This document shows positions 26,175 to 36,297 of a stretch of 64,000 bases of DNA, piece after piece. Source of the stretch: an uncultured Bacteroidota bacterium (GTDB taxonomy: Bacteria > Bacteroidota > Bacteroidia > Bacteroidales > JAAUTT01); contig CAWJWO010000003.1 in the NCBI GenBank assembly GCA_963846585.1, positions 140,505-204,504 on the forward strand. Direction: 5' to 3'. The notes beneath the pieces are model-generated. The model saw only the letters and a program-made list of their open reading frames with translations, was not told the origin of the DNA and did no database searches. Within the stretch, counting starts at the first letter, position 1, and each line of letters opens with the position of its first letter. The position numbers and the translations under genes were made by a program.

Positions 26175-29100
26175 ATGAAGAAATTTAAAAGAATTAATAA
26201 CATTGCGGGCTGGGTAATCTTTGCTACTGCTGCAATAGTTTACATGTTTACCAGTGAACCCACTGCCAGTTTCTGGGATTGCGGCGAATTTATTTCGTGC
26301 GGGTATAAACTTGAAGTAAGTCACCCCCCGGGATATCCGATGTTTGCGATGATTTGCCGTGTAGTAGCCATGTTTGCCGGTGGTGACGTCCATAAAGTCC
26401 CTATGGCCATGAACACCTATTCCGGAATGGCAAGTGCATTTGCTGTGTTATTCCTGTTTTGGATTATAACTCATCTTGCCATGAAGATAGTTGGCAAAAA
26501 AGATGAGTATTCGCTTAAGGAAATAATTATGGTTATAGGTAGCGGCGCGGTTGGGGCACTTGCTTTTACCTTTTCCGACAGTTTCTGGTTTTCGGCATCT
26601 GAAACAATTGTCTTCTCATCATCTACAATGTTTGCTGCATTAATTGTCTGGTCAATCTTAAAATGGGAAAATTGTGCAGATGAGAAGTATTCCAACCGGT
26701 GGCTTGTGTTGATTGCATATTTAATGGGATTAACAATTGGTATACATTTACTTAACCTTTTATCTATACCTGCCCTGGGACTTGTGTATTATTTCAGGAA
26801 ATACAAGGTATCCCGCAAAGGCTTAATTATTGCCATTTTAGTTTCAATAACAGTTCTTGGGGTTATTATGTACGGGATAATTCAGGGCACCTTCGTGGTT
26901 GCCTCCTGGTTTGAATTATTGTTCGTAAATGGATTCGGACTTCCATATAATTCAGGATGGATTTTCTTTATAGTAGCCCTTATTACATTTATTGTATGGG
27001 GAATCAGATATACCGCCAGAAATGGTAAACCGTTATGGAACACAATTCTTTTGTGTTTTTCTATGATAATGCTTGGATATTCGTCATATACTATGACAAT
27101 AATACGCTCGAATGCAGGGACTCCATTAAGTGAAGGCAGTCCTTCAAATTTGTTTTCTCTTATCGCGTACCTGAGCAGGGAACAATATGGGGACAGGCCA
27201 TTACTATATGGTCAATATTACAATGCCCCTGTTACAGATCAGAAAGAAGGCGCAACAATCTGGGGTCAAAAAGATGGCAAATATGTTGCAACAGGACATA
27301 AACCGGTTTATGTATACGATCCGCGATTTTGCACATTATTTCCGAGGATGTGGAGTGCCGAGAGCAATCATGTGGGTGAATACAAAAAGTGGGCAAATAT
27401 TAAAGGTACTCCCATAGAGACAACCAACCAGCAAGGCGAACCACAAACACTTTACAAACCGACTTTTGCTGAAAACATGTCATTTTTTCTTCAATATCAG
27501 GTTGGCTGGATGTATTTAAGATATTTCATGTGGAACTTTTCGGGCCGTCAGAATGATCTTCAGGGATATGGAGATAACTTAAACGGAAACTGGATTTCAG
27601 GAATAAATTTTGTGGATGAATGGAGGTTAGGCCCACAAAATAATCTGCCTGAGATAAAATCAGGCTATAAATTTAAACACAACCCGGCACATAATACTTA
27701 TTTTATGCTTCCCCTGATACTTGGATTGATAGGGTTGCTTTTCCATTACCAAAAGCATAATAAAGATTTTTGGGTTGTATTGATATTATTTTTAATGACC
27801 GGATTAGGTATTTTACTTTACCTCAACCAATATCCTATGCAACCACGTGAACGTGATTATTCATATGTAGGTTCATTTTTTGCATTTTCAATCTGGATAG
27901 GTCTTGGCGTAATGTCATTGATTTACTGGGCTGGTAAACACTTACCCGGAGTATTGGCCGCAATTGGAGTTACTGTAGTTTGCCTTGCATGTGTACCGAT
28001 ACGAATGGCACAACAAAACTGGAATGATCATAATCGGTCGGGTCGGTTTACAAGTACCGATTTTGCATTTGATTATCTGAATTCGTGCGAGAAAAATGCT
28101 ATAATTTTTACCAATGGTGACAACGATACATTTCCTCTATGGTGCGTGCAGGAAGTATTCGGGGTGCGTCCTGATGTAAGAGTCGTAAATTTAAGTTATC
28201 TGGGCGCAGATTGGTATATTGACCAAATGGAGCGCAAGGTAAATGATTCTGATCCTTTACCATTCTCAATGACTCATGAAAAATATAAAACAGGCACCAG
28301 AGATGCCCTTTACGTTGTAGATCGACTTAACGGACAGTATGCCGATCTAAAGGAAGTGATGAAATTTGTGGCAAGTGATAATGAAGAAACTAAAACCCTG
28401 CCAAATGCAAGGGAAAAGGTGGATTATTTACCTGCCAAAAACTTTAGCATGAAGGTTGACAAACAAGCAGTAATTGATAATAAGGTTGTTAGTGAAAAAT
28501 TTGATAATTATATAGTACCTGAAATGAAATTTGAGCTTACCAATCCAAGGTCACGTGAAAAAAAATCGTACCGGTCAGTTATCTTTAAAAACGATATGAT
28601 GGTGCTTGACCTGATAGCTCAAAATGATTGGAAACGCCCTATTTATTTTGCCATTACAGTAGGTGATGAAAACTACCTGGGCCTTGAAAAATATTTCCGG
28701 CTCGATGGCCTGGCTTATCGCCTTGTACCTATCGCAAGTCAGGGTGATAGACAGGATGGCCAATACGGTATTATTGATACAAAAATTTTATATGAAAATC
28801 TCATGAATAAATTTAAATGGGGAAATGTTGCCAATCCTAAAGTTTATATTGATGAGAATAATATGAGAATGCTTTCAAATTTCAGGAATAATTTTGCACG
28901 GCTTGCCCAACAACTTATTAATGAAAATAAGGTTGATTCTGCTGTGAAAGTACTGGATAAATGCTTTAAAGTTTTGCCTGTTGACCAGGTGCCGGTAAAC
29001 GTTTGGACGCTTCCTTTAATTGAGCAGTATTACAGAGCTAATCAAATTGCAAAAGCAAATAATTTAACTCAAAAGCTTTACGATAGCATTAATGATGAAG

Positions 29101-29285
29101 CGCGCTATTATTTCAGGCTCAAGGGAAACAAGGCTAAAAACATTGACTCCGAAAAGCAGATGTGTTTGTATACATTAAATCAATTGGCCAGATATACTGA
29201 AGTTTTTAAACAAAAAGATTTGAGTGCCAAAATACAAAATACTTTGCAGGGCTATGTTCAAAATATGGCACCAAACGAACAATAA
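26175..29285 (+). CDS. DUF2723-domain (TMEM260-like, GT-C type putative glycosyltransferase) large membrane protein
   Basis: The ORF is open from 26142; the likely start is ATG at 26175 (MKKFKRINNIAGW..). The N-terminal half has many TM segments (..FWDCGEFISCGYKLEVSHPPGYP..) and the C-terminal half is soluble. Architecture and size (~1036 aa) are typical of Bacteroidota DUF2723 proteins. Confidence 0.7.
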   Translation: MKKFKRINNIAGWVIFATAAIVYMFTSEPTASFWDCGEFISCGYKLEVSHPPGYPMFAMICRVVAMFAGGDVHKVPMAMNTYSGMASAFAVLFLFWIITHLAMKIVGKKDEYSLKEIIMVIGSGAVGALAFTFSDSFWFSASETIVFSSSTMFAALIVWSILKWENCADEKYSNRWLVLIAYLMGLTIGIHLLNLLSIPALGLVYYFRKYKVSRKGLIIAILVSITVLGVIMYGIIQGTFVVASWFELLFVNGFGLPYNSGWIFFIVALITFIVWGIRYTARNGKPLWNTILLCFSMIMLGYSSYTMTIIRSNAGTPLSEGSPSNLFSLIAYLSREQYGDRPLLYGQYYNAPVTDQKEGATIWGQKDGKYVATGHKPVYVYDPRFCTLFPRMWSAESNHVGEYKKWANIKGTPIETTNQQGEPQTLYKPTFAENMSFFLQYQVGWMYLRYFMWNFSGRQNDLQGYGDNLNGNWISGINFVDEWRLGPQNNLPEIKSGYKFKHNPAHNTYFMLPLILGLIGLLFHYQKHNKDFWVVLILFLMTGLGILLYLNQYPMQPRERDYSYVGSFFAFSIWIGLGVMSLIYWAGKHLPGVLAAIGVTVVCLACVPIRMAQQNWNDHNRSGRFTSTDFAFDYLNSCEKNAIIFTNGDNDTFPLWCVQEVFGVRPDVRVVNLSYLGADWYIDQMERKVNDSDPLPFSMTHEKYKTGTRDALYVVDRLNGQYADLKEVMKFVASDNEETKTLPNAREKVDYLPAKNFSMKVDKQAVIDNKVVSEKFDNYIVPEMKFELTNPRSREKKSYRSVIFKNDMMVLDLIAQNDWKRPIYFAITVGDENYLGLEKYFRLDGLAYRLVPIASQGDRQDGQYGIIDTKILYENLMNKFKWGNVANPKVYIDENNMRMLSNFRNNFARLAQQLINENKVDSAVKVLDKCFKVLPVDQVPVNVWTLPLIEQYYRANQIAKANNLTQKLYDSINDEARYYFRLKGNKAKNIDSEKQMCLYTLNQLARYTEVFKQKDLSAKIQNTLQGYVQNMAPNEQ

Positions 29286-29286
29286 G

Positions 29287-29346
29287 TGTCAGTAAGAAAA
29301 CACCAATTTTTTTGTTACGCTCGTCAGAAAAATGCTCATTTGTTAA
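29287..29346 (+). repeat. Single copy of a ~57-bp repeat module (TGTCAGYAAGAAAACACCAA...GTTAYGCTCRTCA.AAAAATGCTCATTT)
   Basis: About 85% identical by eye to the left arm of the 36911-37029 palindrome. Begins 1 nt after the DUF2723 gene stop codon. Confidence 0.8.
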
Positions 29347-29349
29347 ATT

Positions 29350-29374
29350 AGGGACACGCACAAGGCGTGTCCCT
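29350..29374. terminator. GC-rich perfect hairpin between convergent genes (candidate bidirectional terminator)
   Basis: AGGGACACGC (29350-29359), loop ACAAG, GCGTGTCCCT (29365-29374), giving a 10-bp perfect stem. It is followed by ACATTTTC and lies between the DUF2723 gene (+) and mdh (-). Confidence 0.55.
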
Positions 29375-29426
29375 ACATTTTCAATCTTTACAACTATATT
29401 AAATTTAATTGTCTCAGATTTTTAAT

Positions 29427-29496
29427 CCTGGTTCCTGGCTCTTGGCTCTTGGCTCTTGGCTCTTGGTTCCTGGTTTTTGGTTCTTGGTTCTTGATT
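29427..29496. repeat. (CYTGGYT)x10 heptamer array abutting the mdh stop codon
   Basis: CCTGGTT CCTGGCT CTTGGCT x3 CTTGGTT CCTGGTT TTTGGTT CTTGGTT CTTGATT. The mdh TAG stop is at 29497-29499. Confidence 0.95.
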
Positions 29497-30438
29497 CTAC
29501 AAAACTTTCATTTCATACAGGACATTATTCATACTCCGCACTGCTTCGGCACTTTTATTAAAAACGGCCTGCTCCTCAGTATTCAGTTTGTAATCAATAA
29601 TTTTTTCCCAACCGCTTTTTCCTATAACTACAGGCACTCCCATACAAATATCTTTTTGTGAGTATTCTCCCTCCAGGAATATGCAACAAGGGATGGTTTT
29701 CTTTTCATCACGCACAATGGATTCAACCAATGCACCACAAGCTGCACCGGGGGCATACCAGGCTGAAGTACCCAATAATTTGGTAAGCGTGGCGCCCCCT
29801 ACCATTGTGTCATCTGCTACTTTTTTTACAGTTTCCTTGTCAAGTAATGTTGACACAGGAACACCCTGATAAGTGGCAAAACGCGTAAGAGGTATCATAG
29901 TTGTATCACCATGTCCTCCAATAACAACCCCTTGTATATCGCTTGCCGGTGTATTTAATGCCTGGCTTAAATAATATTTAAAACGCGAACTGTCAAGTAT
30001 ACCTCCCATGCCGATTATCCGGTTTTTAGGTAACCCGCTTGATTTAAGTGCCAGATAGGTCATCGTATCCATAGGATTACTAATAACGACTATAATTGCA
30101 TTTGGGGAATATTTAAGAATATTTTGCGTAACATCTTTTACAATACCGGCATTGATGCCAATTAAATCTTCTCTTGACATACCAGGTTTACGTGGTATTC
30201 CGGATGTTATTACTACTACATCGGATTTTGAAGTTTTGCTGTAATCGCCTGTAACCCCAATTATTCGGCTATCGAAACCAATTAATGCAGAGGTTTGCAA
30301 CATATCCAATGCTTTACCTTCGGCTATTCCTTCCATAATGTCGAGTAATACTATTTCGCTCGCCAATTCTTTCTGTGCTATTACATTTGCACAGGTTGCA
30401 CCGACGTTGCCGGCACCTATCACAGTAATTTTACTCAT
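29497..30438 (-). CDS. mdh: Malate dehydrogenase (LDH-like family)
   Basis: 313 aa. N-terminal Rossmann motif KITVIGAGNVGA, catalytic region IGGHGDTTMIPL. Overall LDH-like MDH pattern. Confidence 0.88.
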   Translation of the reverse strand: MSKITVIGAGNVGATCANVIAQKELASEIVLLDIMEGIAEGKALDMLQTSALIGFDSRIIGVTGDYSKTSKSDVVVITSGIPRKPGMSREDLIGINAGIVKDVTQNILKYSPNAIIVVISNPMDTMTYLALKSSGLPKNRIIGMGGILDSSRFKYYLSQALNTPASDIQGVVIGGHGDTTMIPLTRFATYQGVPVSTLLDKETVKKVADDTMVGGATLTKLLGTSAWYAPGAACGALVESIVRDEKKTIPCCIFLEGEYSQKDICMGVPVVIGKSGWEKIIDYKLNTEEQAVFNKSAEAVRSMNNVLYEMKVL

Positions 30439-30499
30439 ATATTTTTATGTTTTATCAGATTTAAAATTGCGCTAATTTAGGAAAAAAACCAAATATTTA

Positions 30500-30543
30500 G
30501 CAACTTGCAACCTGCAACTAACAACTATCAACTATCAACTAAA
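30500..30543. repeat. (GCAACYT)x3 followed by (CAACTAW)x3
   Basis: gcaacttgcaacctgcaactaacaactatcaactatcaactaa, read directly. Confidence 0.85.
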
Positions 30544-30547
30544 TTTA

Positions 30548-31204
30548 ATGACAACTACAAGATTTCAATCAGAAATAATAAGCATACGGTTTTTAACTGA
30601 AAGCACCTATATACTCAGATTTGATCGCCAGGGACTGGAATTTATGCCCGGTCAGTATATTGTTGTTGGCCCTCAAGGTACTAAACAAAAAAGGGAATAT
30701 TCAATATACAGCCCCGTTAATGTACCTTACCTGGAAGTACTGATAAAGGAAGTTGACAATGGATTTTTATCTAAAAAGTTAAAACAAGGCCATCCAGGTG
30801 AAAATGTTGAAATAGAAGGACCCTTTGGATATTTCGTCCTGGATGAAAAAATAATAAAAGAGAGAAAATATTTATTTATATCCAGTGGTACCGGCATTTC
30901 TCCATTTCACAGCATTATATTAAGCTACCCCGATATTGATTATAAATTGTTGCACGGAGTACGTTTTGAAATAGAAGGATACGAACAGACAGATTACAAA
31001 AAGGGGCGTTATATACAGTGTACTTCCAAAGAACCAGGAGGTGAGTTTCACGGAAGGGTTACCGATTATTTACTGAATTATTCAATCGACCTTAACAGCT
31101 TGGTGTACATATGTGGTAACAGCTCTATGATTGACGATGCATATAGTATCCTTGAAAAAAAAGGTATACAACCGAACAGGATTCATGCTGAAGTGTACTT
31201 TTAA
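30548..31204 (+). CDS. Ferredoxin-NADP+ reductase-like FAD/NAD(P)-binding oxidoreductase
   Basis: 218 aa. FAD-binding RxYS motif (REYSIYS), GPFG, NAD(P)-binding SSGTGISP, and a C-terminal aromatic (..AEVYF). Confidence 0.7.
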   Translation: MTTTRFQSEIISIRFLTESTYILRFDRQGLEFMPGQYIVVGPQGTKQKREYSIYSPVNVPYLEVLIKEVDNGFLSKKLKQGHPGENVEIEGPFGYFVLDEKIIKERKYLFISSGTGISPFHSIILSYPDIDYKLLHGVRFEIEGYEQTDYKKGRYIQCTSKEPGGEFHGRVTDYLLNYSIDLNSLVYICGNSSMIDDAYSILEKKGIQPNRIHAEVYF

Positions 31205-31206
31205 TA

Positions 31207-31423
31207 GAACCAGGAGCCAAGAGCCAGGATTTGAGATGTTAAAAAGAGGACAGAGAACAGAAGACAGATATAAGATAAATGATTTGAGATTTGAGATTTG
31301 AGAATCCAGATTTAAGATTTGAGATTTTTAATTCAGTAAGACTATTAAAATCCTAATTCTAGAATCAAAAATCTAGAATCTTAAATCATAAAGTCTTGGT
31401 TCCTGGTTCCTGGTTCCTGGTTC
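31207..31423. repeat. Composite STR block: (GAACCAGG-like) at 31207-31229, (GACAGAA) at 31247-31270, (GATTTGA)x~6 at 31281-31327, (TCTAGAATC) x2 at 31357-31387, (TGGTTCC)x4 at 31395-31423
   Basis: Read directly. The two outermost arrays are reverse complements of each other. Confidence 0.9.
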
Positions 31424-31432
31424 TAATTTTAT

Positions 31433-31690
31433 TTATTCCGGCGTAATGCTGAATTTTTCAAGATCGTTGTAAAAATTTAAAATAAAGTCATTAATATAGT
31501 CTACGAAATAACTCTGGTTTGACCCGCATTTAAATATAATTTTACCGCCTGAATAACTCAGGGAATATTGTATTTGGTTCTTACCGTTAATGATAAGATT
31601 GTTCCCATCAGAAAATTTAAAAATACTTTTATTTACAGGATCTATCCAGGAAGAATTACTTATCATTCCATTAATAATTTCAGTGCTCAT
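31433..31690 (-). CDS. Small hypothetical protein (85 aa)
   Basis: The ORF has plausible protein-like composition and sits between repeat-filled and promoter-like spacers. No motif recognised. Confidence 0.4.
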   Translation of the reverse strand: MSTEIINGMISNSSWIDPVNKSIFKFSDGNNLIINGKNQIQYSLSYSGGKIIFKCGSNQSYFVDYINDFILNFYNDLEKFSITPE

Positions 31691-31867
31691 GGCCTTAGAA
31701 TTTAAAATTATTTCTATTGTATAATCCTTTAATAAATTTAACGATTTTTACATAAAAAGTCAATTAGATTTGTAATTAATATTTACTTTGATACAAATTA
31801 TTACAAGTATAACCAATATAAAATTATAACGTATAAATCCAAGACTTCTAACTAGTTATTAAAATAT

Positions 31868-33742
31868 ATGAATCCAAAATTATTATTGACCTGTCTTATC
31901 TTATTATTAATTTATTACGAGAAGGTTTCATCCCAGAAATATGATGCTGAAGTAATTAAATATTCAACCACTTGTAAAATTGAAAAAGATAATTTAATTA
32001 AAACTGATTCCGTTACAATTAAAATAAATAACCGTGTAGGTGACAAATATGCTGTAATAGAAATACCTTATTCTAAAAATGAAAAATTATCGAACGTATC
32101 TGGATGGATAGAAAATATGAATGGTACAAAAGTCAGGATCCTTAAAAAAAGCGATATGGTTGACAATAGTGCTATATCCAATATTTCCATATATGAGGAT
32201 AATTTTAAAAGATGTTTCCAGTTAAAGCACAATATTTACCCTTATAAAATTACTTATTCTTACACGACAACATATAGGGATTTCATTACAATTACAGAGT
32301 GGGATCCTGTTTTACATTACGCAATACCCACTCACTTAGCTACTCTTAAGGTAATTTTGCCAAAAAATTATCAGTTTTTAAAATATGAAAGAAAAATAAT
32401 TAATTGTTTGAAAGACTCTTCAGATAAAAACGTAGAGTTATTTTGGAAGTCAGCTTATGATAAACCATTTAAAAATGAGGTTTTTTCGCAGAGCTTTAAT
32501 GACGAACCTCTTGTAATTATAACACCATTAATTTTTAATTATGGAATAAAAGGACTTTCACATGACTGGAATAGTTTCGGCAACTGGCAATACGAATTAT
32601 TACAAGGATTAGATATTTTGCCCGATGATGAGAAAATTAAAGTTAAATCTCTGATTAATGGCATTACAGATAAAAGGGAAATTATAAAAATTTTATATCA
32701 TTATTTGCAGGACAATACGCGGTATATAAATGTATCAATCGGTATAGGGGGCCTTAAACCATACCCAGCTTCTTACGTTGCCCATAACAAGTATGGCGAT
32801 TGTAAAGCATTGACCAATTACATGAAAGCATTATTGCAATTTGCAGGAATTGAATCTTATTATACAATAGTTTATGCCGGTGAGCAACCGGTAGATTTAA
32901 TAAAAGAACTTCCATGTCAACAATTCAATCATGTTATTTTAGCAGTACCAATTGAAAATGACACAATATGGCTGGAGAATACAAGTAACATCAACCCTTT
33001 TGGATTCTTTGGAACATTTACACAAAACCGGTATGCTCTTCTGGTATCAAAAGATAATAGCCATATAGTTAAAATACCGGCATTAAAAAAAGATGATTGC
33101 CTTGAATCGGAAAAAATGGAATTTAATCTTAATACTTCCGGATGTGCCACTTTAAAATTAAACAGTGCATTTAAAGGATGGTCATTTGAATTGTTCAATG
33201 AATTAAATTATTTATTAAATGGCTATGATAAAAATAAATTTATACAGGAAAGAATTAAATTTTTTCATAAAATAGTGCCTTATGACAATTTTGATATTAT
33301 TGACTGGAATTTGAAGAAACAAAACAGAGATTCTATAAATATAGGATTAAATTCAACAATAACGCTGAATAAATTTTTAAACCAATTGGGAAACGAATTA
33401 TATTTCAATACTACTTCTATTGTAATTCCTGACTTTACTGTTCCTGCAACGAGGACACTTCCGGTAAATTTGCCGTATCCAATTTATAATGTTGATACAC
33501 TTATTTATAACGTCCCAAATGGATATGAAGTAAAAACCATACCTGATAATGCAATTATTAAAACTCAATTCGGAGAATTTCGTACAAGTTATAGTTCTAC
33601 AGGTAATAAGGTATTAGCATCAAAAAGCTTTGAACTGTACCCGGGGCATTATATGCAAAATGAATATCCTGATTTTTATAAGTTTATAAAAACAGTAAAA
33701 GATACTGATGCAAAAGGTGTAGTTATTAAACCAGACAAATGA
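31868..33742 (+). CDS. DUF3857/transglutaminase-like superfamily protein
   Basis: 624 aa with a signal peptide. Transglutaminase-core-like Cys motif (KYGDCKALTNYMKALL), later His/Asp-containing segment (FNHVILAV...D). Paralogous in architecture to the next gene. Confidence 0.65.
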   Translation: MNPKLLLTCLILLLIYYEKVSSQKYDAEVIKYSTTCKIEKDNLIKTDSVTIKINNRVGDKYAVIEIPYSKNEKLSNVSGWIENMNGTKVRILKKSDMVDNSAISNISIYEDNFKRCFQLKHNIYPYKITYSYTTTYRDFITITEWDPVLHYAIPTHLATLKVILPKNYQFLKYERKIINCLKDSSDKNVELFWKSAYDKPFKNEVFSQSFNDEPLVIITPLIFNYGIKGLSHDWNSFGNWQYELLQGLDILPDDEKIKVKSLINGITDKREIIKILYHYLQDNTRYINVSIGIGGLKPYPASYVAHNKYGDCKALTNYMKALLQFAGIESYYTIVYAGEQPVDLIKELPCQQFNHVILAVPIENDTIWLENTSNINPFGFFGTFTQNRYALLVSKDNSHIVKIPALKKDDCLESEKMEFNLNTSGCATLKLNSAFKGWSFELFNELNYLLNGYDKNKFIQERIKFFHKIVPYDNFDIIDWNLKKQNRDSINIGLNSTITLNKFLNQLGNELYFNTTSIVIPDFTVPATRTLPVNLPYPIYNVDTLIYNVPNGYEVKTIPDNAIIKTQFGEFRTSYSSTGNKVLASKSFELYPGHYMQNEYPDFYKFIKTVKDTDAKGVVIKPDK

Positions 33743-33771
33743 CATTTTACTAACCATCAAATAATAAATAT

Positions 33772-35739
33772 ATGTACAAAATCCTTTTTTTTATTGGGGC
33801 TATAGGAATTTCAGGAATATCCATTGGTCAGGAATATTCACATGAATTTGGAAAAATAAGTAAAGAAGAATTACAGCTTCAAAGATATGATAAAGATACA
33901 TCTGCTGAGGCAGTAGTAATTTATGATATTGGGCAAACAAGTTTTGCTCAGGTTGAAGGCAATTTTGAATTATTGTTCGAAAGAAAAATGAAAATTAAAA
34001 TTTTTACCAAGGCGGGATTAAATTGGGCATCTTTATTAATACCATGTTATAAAGGGAAAAATGGTTATAATGAAAAAATTGAAGAAATTAAAGGAAATAC
34101 ATATAATCTTGAAAATAGTGAAATAAAAACAACTCCTTTAAGCAATATTAATGCATTCACTGAAAAAGAAAGCAAGAACTGGTCAAATAAAAGAATTGCC
34201 ATGCCTGACGTTAAAGAAGGTTCGGTAATTGAATTATCCTACACAATTAGAAGTCCTTATGATTTTAACTTAAATGCCTGGGAATTTCAACTTAATATTC
34301 CTGTAATTTATAGCGAATATACTGTTAAAATTAACCCATTTTACGAATATGTTTCAATTCTGAAAGGTACAAATAAAGTTGACCAATATAAAAGCTATGT
34401 GGAAAAAGCTGCGCCAAATAGGCTATATACTGATATCCATGATATGGTATATTTTTATGCAATGAATAATATTCCTGCTTTTAAAGATGAGTCATTTATC
34501 ACCTCAATAAATGATTGTAAAATAAGGCTTGAATTTCAGCTTGCTGTTATACGTTATGATTATAAACCACCCCGTGAAATTATAAGTACATGGCCAAAAC
34601 TTTGTAAAGATATGCTTAATGAAGAAAAAGTTAGTGAATATTTAAGTGATTCTAAAAAGGCAGGTAAAAAAATAATAGATGATCTTAACCTTATAAATAA
34701 ACCAAAAATTGAAAAAGCTAAAACTATATACAATTATGTAAAAGATAATTATAATTGGGGTAATAACTATAGTATTTACCCAACAAAAAGCTGCAAAGAA
34801 TTTTTATTGGACAAAACCGGTAATTGCACAAATATTAATCTGTTTTTGACCGGTTTATTAAATGCTGCAGATATAGAAGCATATCCTGTTCTGTTAAGTA
34901 CCCGTGACCACGGGAAAATAAACCTCAAGTATCCTTTCCTTGATTGCTTCAATTATACGGCAGTATTTGCTAACATTGACAGTTTTATGGTATTGCTTGA
35001 TGCTACTGAACCATTATGCAATTTTAATCAAATCCCGACACGATGTTTAAATGATAATGGTTTAATAGTTAATAAAAGTAAAGAGGATCAATGGGTAAAA
35101 TTTAGAAGTAGTTTGGTTTCTGAAAAAAAATACGACTTTATTTTACAGCCAAATGCAGCTAATGATAGTATATACAATATCATTAAATTACAAACTACGG
35201 GTTATGAAGCAATAGGATACAGGAAAAAATTATCAGCTTCCTATGATAATTTGAAAAAAGAGTTAATTGACAATAATGCTACTTCTGAAGATTCATTGCG
35301 ATTTATTAATAAAACACAAAACGACAAACCTTTTGGAATAAACTATAAGGAAATTTTACGTATAGAAACAATCGATAACAAATTAATTGTTACACCTTTC
35401 TGCAACCAAACAATAGCAAGTAACCCTTTAAAAATGAAGGATAGGACTTACCCTGTTGATATGACCTATAAACAATCCGTCAAATACAAATCCATAATAA
35501 AAGTACCAAATGGTTACAAACTACTCTCAATGCCTTCTGATACGGTCATTACCAACAGCCTGGTAAATATATCTTATAAGGTATTGCCCCCAACTAATGG
35601 TGTAATGATGATTTTAGGGTATTATGAATTTAAGAAAGATGTGTATGATGTTACTGATTATGCTGACCTGAAAAATTATTTCGGTATTATAGTTGATAAA
35701 TTTAACGAAAAACTGGTGTTCGTTAAGAGTGAACAATAA
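33772..35739 (+). CDS. DUF3857/transglutaminase-like superfamily protein (paralogous neighbour)
   Basis: 655 aa with a signal peptide. Cys motif KTGNCTNINLFLTGLLNAADI. Same overall layout as 31868-33742 and located 29 nt downstream of it. Confidence 0.65.
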   Translation: MYKILFFIGAIGISGISIGQEYSHEFGKISKEELQLQRYDKDTSAEAVVIYDIGQTSFAQVEGNFELLFERKMKIKIFTKAGLNWASLLIPCYKGKNGYNEKIEEIKGNTYNLENSEIKTTPLSNINAFTEKESKNWSNKRIAMPDVKEGSVIELSYTIRSPYDFNLNAWEFQLNIPVIYSEYTVKINPFYEYVSILKGTNKVDQYKSYVEKAAPNRLYTDIHDMVYFYAMNNIPAFKDESFITSINDCKIRLEFQLAVIRYDYKPPREIISTWPKLCKDMLNEEKVSEYLSDSKKAGKKIIDDLNLINKPKIEKAKTIYNYVKDNYNWGNNYSIYPTKSCKEFLLDKTGNCTNINLFLTGLLNAADIEAYPVLLSTRDHGKINLKYPFLDCFNYTAVFANIDSFMVLLDATEPLCNFNQIPTRCLNDNGLIVNKSKEDQWVKFRSSLVSEKKYDFILQPNAANDSIYNIIKLQTTGYEAIGYRKKLSASYDNLKKELIDNNATSEDSLRFINKTQNDKPFGINYKEILRIETIDNKLIVTPFCNQTIASNPLKMKDRTYPVDMTYKQSVKYKSIIKVPNGYKLLSMPSDTVITNSLVNISYKVLPPTNGVMMILGYYEFKKDVYDVTDYADLKNYFGIIVDKFNEKLVFVKSEQ

Positions 35740-35783
35740 TAAAAAGTTAATTGTTATACAGCCGTTACTTTCAAAATCAAAAT

Positions 35784-36284
35784 ATGCGGCGCGTTTATAT
35801 AGCTCTTATACTTTTCTTTATAGTATGGAAGATAAATATGGCACAGGTATCCGGTTCGGATAACGTTCCGGTCATGAATTTCAACCAGTTTGAGCCAAAT
35901 CTTCATTATGTCAATGACAGTGTTTACCTCGTAAATTTCTGGGCTACATGGTGTGTGCCATGCAGAAAAGAATTGCCTGCAATAGAACAGGTCGGTACAA
36001 AATATTCCAATAAAAAATTCCGTGTAATCCTGGTTAGTATGGATTTTCAATATCAACTCGAAACCCAGTTATTGCCATTTATAAAGTCGCACCAAATAAA
36101 ATCAAAGGTAGTTTTACTTCACGATCCTGATCAAAACCGGTGGATCGACAAAGTTGATCCGGGATGGTCAGGAGAAATTCCATTTACAGTAATATATGGC
36201 AGAAATTTTCGTAACTCTTTTGCTAAATCGTTTAATTTTAACGAATTAGATTCAATTATCAGTAATAAATTAAATTCTTTATAA
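35784..36284 (+). CDS. TlpA/ResA-like thiol:disulfide oxidoreductase (thioredoxin fold)
   Basis: CxxC motif in FWATWCVPCRKELP with an N-terminal anchor. The ORF is open from 35751; ATG at 35784 (MRRVYIALILFF) is the likely start. Confidence 0.75.
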   Translation: MRRVYIALILFFIVWKINMAQVSGSDNVPVMNFNQFEPNLHYVNDSVYLVNFWATWCVPCRKELPAIEQVGTKYSNKKFRVILVSMDFQYQLETQLLPFIKSHQIKSKVVLLHDPDQNRWIDKVDPGWSGEIPFTVIYGRNFRNSFAKSFNFNELDSIISNKLNSL

Positions 36285-36297
36285 AAACTATATTCTT

